Positions 21,310 to 33,300 of a DNA stretch of 45,890 nucleotides are shown here, in pieces (the first letter of the stretch is position 1; each line of letters starts with the position of its first letter). The notes under the pieces were generated by a model. That model saw only the letters and a list, made by a program, of their open reading frames with translations. It did not search any database and was not told the DNA's origin. Origin of the DNA: Phoronis australis (taxonomy: Eukaryota; Animalia; Phoronida). The stretch spans positions 267,410 to 313,299 of the forward strand of contig NMRA01000456.1 in assembly GCA_002633005.1 (NCBI GenBank), read 5' to 3'. The position numbers and the translations under genes are program-made.

Positions 21310-24300
21310 GTGAGTGGTTTGTTTCTAGGCATTTTTCACTCAGGGTGCACACTTTTGTTTCAGAAATGGAGTTTTCATTTTAGCTTCGAGACTTCTTTTA
21401 TTAGAATCAAATGGTATCTGGAATATCAGGTAAATTTTTTGTGAAGTATCCTCATTTAGTTTTTAGATTTGGCCTGCTGAAATAACAAATGAAAGCGCTC
21501 CGAGGAGCGACACTTGCCGAAATTAACGGAAAAGACGACGATAGAGATGATGACGAAGATGACGAAAGTGACGACGATGGTGGCGATGATGAACAATTCA
21601 AGTAATTATGATATTTATTCACAAGACGAACATAGAGGCCAGACATCAGTAAGTATAGGCTACAGTCTTGAGTGACACTTGTCGAAATTAACTTAAAAGA
21701 CGATGACGGAGATGATGACGAAGATGACGTAATTATGATGACGATGGTGATGATGCTGAACAACATCATAACATTCATATGAAGCACTTAGATGTCATAA
21801 ATCAGAGCAAGAAATAGGCTACACTCTTGTTCAATAGAAGCTAAACCAACATCAATGCAGCAAGAGTGCTCAACAAAGGAACAACGCAATCAGAAAATTT
21901 CGAATAATTCGAAAAGTAAACGTCCTAGCGAAAAATGAAAAACATCTTCTGAAATCCTGTTCAAAACTCTATCAAAACTGATGGTTTCGCCTACTTTTGT
22001 TAATTTTTCGAAAAAAAATGAAATTTTGCGTTTTTTTTTTAAATTTAAAGTCAAATAACTCGAAAACGGTAAGTCTGAGAAAAAATTGTTGCAGGTCATT
22101 TGAAAGAGTATACGTCAGAGAATTCACATGCAAAAAATTGCGTCTTTTTCTCTTCCCGTTTAAAATGGCACTCCAGCACGGCTGGGTCAACATGTGCCAG
22201 ATCCGCCAATTTGAAAGCAACTTCTGGTTTTTTGACTCTGTATAATAGCATGTCATAAGAAACTAATACCTGCAAAAATTCGAAGGAATTGGCCCTATAA
22301 TGCGCCCTCTACAGGAGAAAACGTTTTTAGGCCAAAATCGAGGTGCGTATGCGCGATCGCCGATATTTCCGCCATCTTTAACCGGAAGTAAACAATTTCT
22401 GGAATACTTGTAGCACAATTGCGATCCATTTACTGTGCCGATTCTTAGCCCTGTACGTAAAAAATTGTAGCCTCCAGAAGCATTTGAACCTTTAAATGAA
22501 AACAAAATGGTCACCACATCCGCCATCTTGGATCCGATTATAACGAAAAACAATAGACTTCGCGTACTTCCAGAGATACCAGTTGTGTACAAATTTTGTG
22601 AAAATCGGTCAAAAATGCGACCTGTAGAGTGCGAACAAACAAAAATGAAAGCGCTCCGAGGAGCGAACCTTGGCGAAATTAACCAAAAAGGTGACGATAA
22701 AGATGATGACGAAAATGATGAATATGACGACGATGGTGTCGAGGATGAAAAAAAGAAGTAATAATAACATACACATGACGAACGTAGAAGTCCGAAATCA
22801 GTAAGAAAAAGACTACAGTCTTGTGCGACACTTGGCCAAATTAACGGAAAAGACAACGACGGAGATGATGACGAAGATGATGACGATGATGACGAATATG
22901 ACGATGGTGGTGGCGATGATGAACAACATCACAACATTTATATGATGAACTTAGATGTCATAAATCAATAAAAAATAGGCTACAGTCTAGTTCAATAGAA
23001 GATAAACCAACATCAATGCAGCAAGAGCACTCAACAAGGGAACAGTGTTATCAGAAAATCTCAAATAACTCGAAAAGTAGACGTCCTAGCGAAAAATGGA
23101 AAACATCTTCTGAAAGCCCATTCAAAATTTTATCTAAACTGACGGTATCGCCTAATTCCGTAAATTTTTTGAAAAAAATGAAATTTTGCATTTTTTTAAG
23201 AAATTCAAAGTCAAATAACTCGAAAACGGTAAGTCTGAGAAAAAAATTGTCAGAGGCCATTTGAATGAATATACTTTAAAGAATCTACATGCAAAAAATC
23301 AAGTCTTTTCTCTTCCCGTTTAAAATCGCACTCCAGACGACTGAAAATGGGTCAACATGCGCCAGATCCGCCATCTTGAAAGCAACTTCTGGTTTTTTGG
23401 CTTTGTATAATAGCATGTTATAAGAAACTAATACCTGTAAAAATTCGAAGAAATTGGTCTTATAATGCGCCCTCTACAGGAGAAAACGTTTTTAGGCTAA
23501 AATCGAGGTGCGCATGCGCAATCGCCGATATTTCCGCCATCTTTAACCGGAAGTAAACAATTTCCGGTATACTTGTAGCAAACTTCCGGTCCATTTACTG
23601 TGCCGATTTTTAGCCTTTTACGTAAAAAATTTTAGCCTCCAGAAGCATTTGAACCTTTAATTGGAAACGAAATGGCTGCCACAGCTGCCATCTTGGATCC
23701 GATTTTGACGAAAAACAATAGGCTTCCGGTACTTCCGGAAGTACGTGTTATGTGTAAATTTCGTGATGATCGGACAAAAATTGCGACCTGTATCGTGCGA
23801 ACAAACAAAAAAAAACAAACTTGTTGGAAGAGCAACATACTTGCTGAAATTTATTTCGCCAAGTAAAAATGGAGGCTACGGAGAATACATCATTGGTATT
23901 GTCACATCCATTTTGGAAAAAAGACTTAAATCTGGCTTAGGAACAAGAAAGTTTATTACTGGTAACTCATGTACTTAATCACTGAACATCAATATAAAAA
24001 ACTAGGTTCACCAGAAGCGGATTTAAGGGGGGCCATGCCCCCCAAAAAATTGTCCCAGATTTCATTTGGCAGTTCGGGGGTGCGAATGTCTGATGGGTAA
24101 AATTCTGGAAAATTCTCTGCCCTGCCCCCTCCCCCCAACTCAAAATCCTGGATCCGCCCCTGTTCATACCTGTGTATGCTTCACAAGGTGGGAGTATACA
24201 AATAAAACGTAGCGATTGTACTTAATCCTTAGACATACTCAGGACTTAAATATCATCAGAGTCACATCACTGTCAAAAGCAAAGCATAATTCTATTAACT

Positions 24301-27300
24301 ACCATCAAAGAAATACAGCATACACAATTTTTCTTAGGTGACTGTGATATTATTTGGTTGAGGAATCCAATCACCAAGACATCTGTGGTTTCTAAATCAA
24401 ATTCTTTATACCATCAACCATTAAAAATACAAGTTCAAAACACTAGTAATGCTTTTCTTTTTCAGCCATGGCTGTAAGAGAAGGAGCATATGCAAATTTT
24501 AGTGTTTTGCATAACATTGATACCATTTTGCAAGTGCGCCTGAAAATTGTGTTTGACTTTTCAGATCCCTGCTATCACTTGAAAAAAAATAAGAAGAATA
24601 TGTTAAGATCATGAAAAATAAACATTAAATTTCAATTAAATGTGTGATTTAATTAAATGCCATGTGTATTAAAAACATGCAATGCATCAGTGAAACAATC
24701 GGATGGATTTCTGGCTATTTTCAGCTATATTAAGGATAACTCTGGCCATAATTAACATTTTTTCGTACTTTGAAATGTGTAAATTTCATAATTACCTGTG
24801 CTAAAACAAGATCATCATACAAATATCTGTCAGAGGTGAAGGAATTCTGTCAATATGATTGCATAACGTAAAAAAATCTAGATTTGCACCCTGAGTGAAA
24901 AAATGTCGCCTGGTGCCGAACAATATGCATGTTGGTGGGAGGGGTACTAATAATTGGCACACCAATGAATGGTTCCCGATTTTGACCCTTTGGGTAGCGG
25001 GGTTTATCAGACAGTCAATGGTGTGAAATTAGTTATTGTCATACTGCATTCTCTGGTTCCACAGAACAATTTTCACTTGTTAGAAAAACTAGATTATGCC
25101 TGCAGGTCCCCCATCTCATAGTGTGCTGCCTGCAGGTCCCCCATCTCATAGTGTGCTGCCTCCAGACAGTACCACCGTCTGCTCCACCATCTCTCCTTAG
25201 TAGCTAGAGATGGTGATGCAGGGCCTTCATATTCCGAAAGCTAATTTTTGGCGAATTATGCCGCACACTGATTAAACCCACAAAGTCATGTTGCCGTGAT
25301 TAGGCTATCATTGTAGTAGAGAGACACCTTAGTAGCCTGTCAATGTCTTTAATTCTTTCCAAGTCGAACATATACTCCCGTACTGGCCGTAATCAAACTT
25401 TTTAGCACTCCTTTGTTCAGTTGCTCAAATCGGCAACTGGCCATTTTTATACTGCTTGCTTGTGTTCTCGCGCCAGGAGATGTAATGTACGTGTTATATC
25501 TCTTAGCACAAGCACACGCAAGCATTGTAAACATGGCCAGTTGCCGATTTGAGCAACTGAATGAAGGAGTGCTCGAGTTGGAAGGAATTAAAGACACAAC
25601 AGCCTCCAAAGGTGCTCCTCTATTTGCATAAGGTACTCATAGCAACACGACAGTGTAATCAGTGTGAGGCATAATTCGCCGAAAAGCTTCCGACGTGTGA
25701 AGGGTCTATTGGATGGCCACTGTCTCTACTGCTAGTTGAGGTGGTGGCACTGTCTTAATTTTGTCTTCAGAATGAACCACTGGTTCTCTGTTATATGCAG
25801 ACAAATGATATGCCTGTTGATTTTCCCAAATTTCAACCTGCATAAAAAATCACCATGGTGTAAATTAGAGACAGCCTTTGTTTCCCCTTGATAACACCAC
25901 AGGTGATTATAAAACATGCACCACTCGTAACATTTTGCTTCATTTCTTCCATCACATAAATGAAATCAGTTATTTTTAAAACAAAACAATCAAAAGTAAA
26001 AATTAATATAGTGTGGTTGCAACAAACAATATTTTTAAAGAAAGCCAAGACTGTACTGAGAGTGATGCACATTTTAAAGCGGTATTAGAATGCATGCTTA
26101 AGTTTTTACCTCCAAAGGGTCAGTGTGACAGTTGTAGTTGGCAAATGTTTTCTTCTAAATTTTTGTTTATTGGTTGTACTATGACTAAGCCTCAAAAGCT
26201 GGCAAATCACCTGAAAACGTTTTATTGCTAATTCAGATACTAGTTAGCTCACTTCTAATGATCACGTACAACTGTCTATGACTGATGGTCAGTTGTGTAA
26301 TTCAACACTTAAGTAGAGCAATGTAACATGATAGCATCTTTTTCTTATCACCAGCAATATATTGGAATCTCTAATAAGGCTTGCTACACTGTAGGGGTCA
26401 GCATGCAGTGGTATTACCATGTTTGTTGTTGTTGTTTTAATTTAGTATACTGGAATACCTCATCCTAGCACTGAGCCCATTGATCCTTCGTCCATTGAAT
26501 GGGTGCGTATGGGGACCACTGTGGCAACTAATGCTCTATTGGAAAGGAAAGGAGAAAGAATTGCCCTTGTCATCACTAAAGGCTTCAAAGATTTACTTCA
26601 TATTGGCAATCAATCAAGACCAAACATATTTGACCTTGTGAGTAGTAGCAAATGTATTATCTTCTAATTTCCGTTATTGAAGTATGGTAAAATCTGACCA
26701 ATTTTGGACAAAAATAATTGCAAAGTTGCTCTTTCTTCATTTTTCAAACTTCTGGTGGTAGCTAAGATAAAAGAACTTGAACATGGAAAAGCATTGATCT
26801 GGTGCCACATATCTCTTGTGAAAGAAATTAGACAATAAAATTTCAGTTGCTCACTTTATTGTGTCTTGGATTGGTGATATTTTTCAATATTACATAACTT
26901 TCTTTGTTGCAAGCTCGTACTTTTAATATTCTCCACTTCATGTCAAAGTGTGAGTCATTTTTGACCTTTTTCATAACTTAAGATTTGTGTAAATTATTTA
27001 GTTTCAAAATAACAAGCAGGATCAAGCTGTGAGCATCAGTTACCTGTCTTTTTCAACTCATAAATGAATTTACATTAAAAAATGAGAATATAACCAGCTT
27101 AAAAGCTCTTGATGTCATGGAAACAAAATGTGGCTGTTGGTTACTGCAGGAGATAGTGTGTCCTGATGTGCTGTATGAAGATGTGGTTGAAGTAGATGAA
27201 CGTGCAGTGCTGCATCAAGACTCCTGTCAGCTGGGCAAGTCTTGTCAAGTTGTTGAAGGTACCACAAAGGAAAAGGTATGTCACTGGCTGGAGGCTTGTG

Positions 27301-30300
27301 CGTGGTAAATTGAGTACCGGCATACCGCAAAAGACCTGAAGTTGGTAAAAATCTAGTACTATTTTGCATGGGTGACAGATTTTAAAATCAATCACAGTGG
27401 GACTGTGGTGTGTATATCTCCAATTTTCTAAAATAACACTCAACCATTTCAGAAAAATTATTCACAAAAAAATTCCCCTGTTCATTTTTAGGTCTTTAAA
27501 TTTTACATCGTTGTGAATTCATACACATTTTCAAACTACTGTATAATGACTCAGAACGTGAAAATGAAAAACATTAATTTGGTTCTTCTTATCATTTGGT
27601 ATGTCACGGTGCATCGTCATGTATAAGACACTTTATTTACTCATGCTGTGAGATGAGGAGATTTTTTAATGTCCGAAGGTGAACTTTCACGTCACTGCCC
27701 GAATTTAGTCAGTTTTTGGATTAAAATTTTATGAAGGAATTGATGACTCGTGACAATCACGATTCACAGAATCATTTATCACCTGCTACAAGTAGACCTG
27801 CCATTTTCAAAATTTTGAAAACAAATTCTTAGTATTGCAACGATTCAATGACTTGTCACCAATCACGTCAGTAAAAAAACATTGAATTCTGTGATATGGT
27901 TGAAACAAATCCTCTTTAATGAAGCAAAATCTCCTTTGCTGCAACCAAATATTTGTCTGGTAATTGCTAAAAGTTTTTAAAAGTTCACATAAACAGGATG
28001 AAGTCTCCTTGACTGCAAGCGAGTCTTCATTTGGTAGCATAAAGCAACGTTTTCTGTTGTTCACTTCAGAAACGTAACATCTAGGCTTTGATCTAACCTC
28101 GTTCTCAAATTGTCATCTGATGAATCCTCGGTCGTAATTGCATGTCATAGTGAACAACCTCGATAGTAGTTGGAGATGTCAGTCAATACTAATTCAGAAT
28201 CAAGCCTTGAATCTGAAAGGTTTCAGGTTAATCGATTTAAAAAAAAATTCTGATGCCGACCACTATAAATTATTTACATAATTTGATTGTCTATTGACTA
28301 TTTGTAGGTGGAAATCTGGCAACCTGTCAACACTAGCAAGCTCATAGAAGACCTTAGAGTTGTACGGCTAAAAGGCATCAAGAGTTTAGCAGTAATTCTG
28401 GCTCATTCCTACACGTTAGTCGTAAAATGCATTTACTACGGGAGATCATTTGAAAGTCTTAAAGGCGAAAGCAACCTTTGTTCGTGTCATTTTCAGTGAA
28501 AATAAGGTTCGTTGATTATCCCAGATATATTTTTTAGTTAATTATGGCTTCTCGTAATGTAATTAATTACTCATGCCATACTCCGGAAGTAACGTTTAGG
28601 GAGTTAAGAATTTCGCGCCAATTTGGTCCTGTGTTCGAGTTTACTGTGAGGATCTGGAGCCTGTTCCAAGAAACTGACTTAAGTTCATTTTTGATTTAAA
28701 TTTAAGATTTGTCCTAAATTCCAAACTTTGAAACTTCCACACTCTGAAATTTAAGACAAAACTTACATCACACAGTTAATCCAAACTTAATATCTCTTTC
28801 TTGAATTGGTTTTGAGACAAATTTAACTTTTATTTTAAAATTTACTAAAATTTAGGATTTGTCGTAGCTAAGTCAGTTTTGTTGGAACACGCCCCTGTAC
28901 TACTGTTATTTTCGTGCTGTTTTTCTAAAATTATCGTCACCACTTCCCATTGACAAGTATTCTATGACAAACTAGGTTGTTAGAGAACACAATTACACTG
29001 GATTTAGGGATGGTTTAGTTAGTAGCCACCTGAAAATGGCTGGATTCGGCAACCCATATCACAGTGACCGTAGTGACTCGAATGACGGAGACATTGTTCA
29101 TGGCAGTGGTGATGAGGAATTTTTTCACGGACAGTTGGTGGTTGGGTATATGTTTGAACCCGAGTATAATGAGACAGAGTCCGCACAGGCACAGGCAGGT
29201 GTTGAAAGAAATGAGGCAGAGACTGAAGGCAGATGTGGTGGGACGTCTTGATGCAAATGCATGGTGTGCACTGATGTGCTGACCTCAATGGAATGCCTTT
29301 GCTGTTCACTGGACGACGGACCATCCTCACCATGTGCACACCCAGGGGGGCTCGAAGTAGGCAAAAAGGTCCGCCTCAGAGAAAAAAGTCCGAAAAATAG
29401 AAAACAAAAGTCCACTAAAAGGGCAGGAACTACCAAAATTTGGCAAATGCACAACTGATAGCACTGAACGTACCCTTTTTTAGTAGAAGGTCCACATTCT
29501 CAGAAATTCAATCCCTCCAATCTTTTAGGCTGGTTGCGCGCATGTTCACTGAGTGTAGAACTGGGCCTGTATTCACTCCCATTACTCAACATCGCTGCAA
29601 GGCTGCTTGCAGGCTCTGGGCTAGAGACAACAGCACAGGGCGAATCACTGTTAGTTCCCAGAATTACATGCTCTGGCATACATTAGGAGGCACGGGTGAC
29701 AGTAGACGAAGTACCTCCAGTCACTGCAGTGGCCACAGCTCGCGAGGCTTCTCACTTCAAAAATGCACTTCTTGGGGGTGGCAATGGGGCACTGCCGGGA
29801 ATCAACAGCAACAATATGGCACCCTTCTTCAGGCTTGTTTTGCAGGGACCTTCATCAATTCTTATCTCTTTCGTAATCCGATGGCAGAAAATGCTTGCCA
29901 CACACTCGGTAATTCTCCACTGCTTTGTACGTTGCGTGGACGGGTTAACGCTGTGTTCTTCACACGAATGAGCCAAGTACAGAGAAGCATGTCATCTTTC
30001 AAAAAGCGATGTAATGGTACTCCCAGAGTGCACGTGAGACTATAATGAGTACATCCCAGTACGCAGCAACTGTGCGGCATGTTGACTGACTCGTAAACAA
30101 AAGCAAACGACGACCGAACTTATCGCAACCAAGGTAGAACAATGACTGACTTGACAGCTCACACAGTCAGACTATATGAAAAGAAAAGGCGAATAATTCT
30201 TTGCAGTATGGCGTGAGTAATTAATTACATTACGAGAAGCCGTAATTAACTGAAAAATATATCTGGGATAATCAATGAACCTTATTTTGACTGAAAATGA

Positions 30301-33300
30301 TGCGAAAAAGGTTGACTTTGCCTTTAAAGGTGTTCAATTCCTGCAGAATCTGGAAGCCTGTTTATGAAGTCTTAAAGCAAGTATAAACTTCTGTTCTGTC
30401 TAAAAAATAAAGTTTTGTTTTAGACCACTTACTGCTGTAGAATTGGTCTCAACTTGATTCCTAGTCAGAAAAGAAGTGACTTCTAGGTTTGCAGAGAATT
30501 GAATGTCCATTATTTTTGGACCGTGTTGTGCACATAAAATGACATGCTGTGACAAGCTAACTTTTAGAGCCTAGTCTCTCGATGCTTTGAAATTGCCTCC
30601 AATTTCACTAAGGAATGATTTGAGACCAATTTTTTTACAGTAAATGATGGAAATCAAAAATTGATTTTTGTGATGGAAGGTGGGTTAACACTGCATCAAG
30701 TGTGTATTTTGCTTGACTGAAAACAGTGACTGTGGGTGTTATATTTAACACTAATTGTCTCAGGATGAATTTTTATTTAAAGTTTATTTCTTTACAATTA
30801 ATTTTGTTCTGTAATAGGCAGCACAAAATTTTTAATAACTCATGAAGTGCAAAACACTATGAACTCATGTTCGGTATTCTTAAAGATGTACTCGGCAACT
30901 AGATATCAATTTTTTGTTTGTAGAACGTGTTCGTCAGAGTGTCCCCATGTGTTCTTTTAAAAAAGTTGGTTAAGGAGGAATGAGATCCTATCTTTAATGC
31001 TTGAGACACAAATATAGAGCATGTCTTCCTAAAGTTGACACCGATTTTGTTGTGTGAGAAAACTTGTGGAAACTTCCTTTTGTTTGAAGTCTTGTTAGCA
31101 AGACATCACTATCAGTGTTCAGCAAATGTAACCTGCGATGAAGAAAACATTGGCGCCAAGTGTAACTAACACTCCCATCAAGCAATGCCCTGGGAAGTCA
31201 CTTGGTTTACCAAGAGAATGTTAGCCTACTGGTCACCATTTTTCTCAGCTTTCATGGTCACGAAGATCAAGTTGGTGCCATTGCAAGGGAGCTGGGCTTT
31301 GAACAGGTCTCGCTGTCATATCAGGTGATGCCTATGGTTCGCATGGTACCACGAGGATACACAGCCTCGGCTGATGCTTATCTCACACCGCACATTAAGA
31401 CGTATGTTAAAGGATTTGCTTCTGGCTTCAAGAATGGACTGGATGTGAGTTGTATGATTAACCCGACTTAATGCTCAACTTTGTTATCAAGATTCATATA
31501 ATGAGATGGCTTTAACTAATAATTGTATGCCTGTTGTTGCCATGAAGACATAGCATTGGCTAAAAGCATTTTTGAACAATTTGTGGTTTTGTGTGTAGTT
31601 ATCTGCCACTGACATGTCGAATCACACTCTCAAAAGGCATACACGTACAGTAAATAGTAGCTGAAATTAAGACTCAAGGTATTGTCACAGTCTGTGCTAA
31701 ATTTTGGGTAATTTTCAAACTGTGAATTGATGACGAGTGTGTTGCATGGTGCAAAAAATGTTTTGAGAGATACTAATGACTTTTCTGATTGTTTCAGAAC
31801 ATGCGAGTGCTGTTCATGCAGTCTGATGGTGGGCTTACACCTGTTGACAAGTCAGTATATTGCCACCTGTTGACAAGTCAGTATATTGCCACCTGTTGAC
31901 AAGTCAGTATATTGCCACCTGTTGACAAGTCAGTATATTGCCACCTGTTGACAAGTCAGTATATTGCCACCTGTTGACAAGTCAGTATATTGCCACCTGT
32001 TGACAAGTCAGTATATTGCCACCTGTTGACAAGTCAGTATATTGCCACCTGTTGACAAGTCAGTATATTGCCACCTGTTGACAAGTCAGTATATTGCCAC
32101 CTGTTGACAAGTCAGTATATTGCCACCTGTTGACAAGTCAGTATATTGCCACCTGTTGACAAGTCAGTATATTGCCACCTGTTGACAAGTCAGTATATTG
32201 CCACCTGTTGACAAGTCAGTATATTGCCACCTGTTGACAAGTCAGTATATTGCCACCTGTTGACAAGTCATTATACTGCCACCTGTTGACAAGTCAGTAT
32301 ATTGCCACCTGCCTTTCAATGCTTAATGCACTGGGGATTTTGGAAAGAACTCTGTGGGATCTCTATCAGAAAAAATATATTGGGACTCTTTCAAAAACTT
32401 TTATTGTTCACCACAACATTCTACTTGGTCATGGACTTCAACTACCACCTAGTGTTCACATTTTTGGTAGTTCAACAATCAAGAAAAGTCAGTGTCATCT
32501 TGCCCACATTTTCTACATATGTGCCTGTTTCAAGCACACAAAAGATTCTGAAAGAGCCCCATAAGGACGTTTCCACATCTTGTTTCTGAAGGAGCACTTA
32601 CGGTTACTCTTTTTGGAGATCTCTGGCAAATATTGGTTATTTCAAGCAAAAGTGAAATTCTCTATTTTAACTCAAAGTCTTACTGCAGACTAAAAATGCT
32701 ATGTTACAGTTGTGCAGTACAAAATAAAATCCTTTATTAATTGTTACATGGATTCACCTGTGAAGTCTTATTTTGCCAAATTACATAATAAAAATAATGA
32801 AAATTTTAGTCAGTTGTTAACTTGATTTGTATTGTCTGGATGTGATAAAACAACGTTCGTTAATTTTTTTGTTATTTGCAGCAACGTAACCAGGCTTTGA
32901 AAAGTAGAAAATTGTCAATTATGGCAGTTAATTTTGTAGAAAATAAATAAGGATTTGTATTCTTCCATTTTAGTTGAAGAATTTGGCAAAATCAGATTCA
33001 CCTTTTTGCCTCAATTGCAAAATTGAAGAATGTTTATCCAATTACGTAAATTCGATGCAAAGATATCTCTCAGTAGCAAATAGTACATAGCGTAAAACTG
33101 ATTGAGTATAAGTATTCAAAATAGTACTTTTAATACCAGGTTTTTTACAAGTCATTACACTGCAGTCATCCCATCCTTTGACCATAATCAAAAGTGCCAC
33201 ATATCCCAACTTCTTTGACTTATGCAATATGAGAAGTAAAAGAAGTCTTGAATTTAATGATGAGGCAAGGGGAATGAGTGAGTAATTGTTTTAAACTTTG

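Larger units (their letters stand above)
28463..30323. mobile_element. Kolobok-like DNA transposon (internally deleted) in OPLAH intron 4
   Basis: TTAA on both flanks (28459-28462, 30324-30327), AGG...CCT termini, ~120-bp TIRs, THAP relic (-) and KolX-like relic (+). Confidence 0.8.

Noticed and set aside
21452-22930. Poly-Ser / poly-Asp ORFs (up to 197 aa)
   Set aside because: These are translations of GAT/GAC microsatellite blocks inside the HINE-like repeat.
29249-29251. In-frame TGA next to CxC as a possible selenocysteine
   Set aside because: The position matches the expected Trp (TGG to TGA) of the WCxC motif; the gene is also interrupted by a MITE, and no SECIS was recognised.
29331-29350. 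PCAHPG as the continuation of the KolX-like protein
   Set aside because: It is read from the terminal repeat of an inserted MITE; the likelier continuation (ITQH) lies after 29544.
29440-30045. 201-aa plus-strand ORF as a novel gene
   Set aside because: A mosaic of MITE sequence, a short KolX-like stretch and the antisense of the THAP relic; no coherent domain.
31838-32311. CRISPR-like array of 26-bp repeats
   Set aside because: Units are directly adjacent with no unique spacers, there are no cas genes, and the context is a eukaryotic intron.
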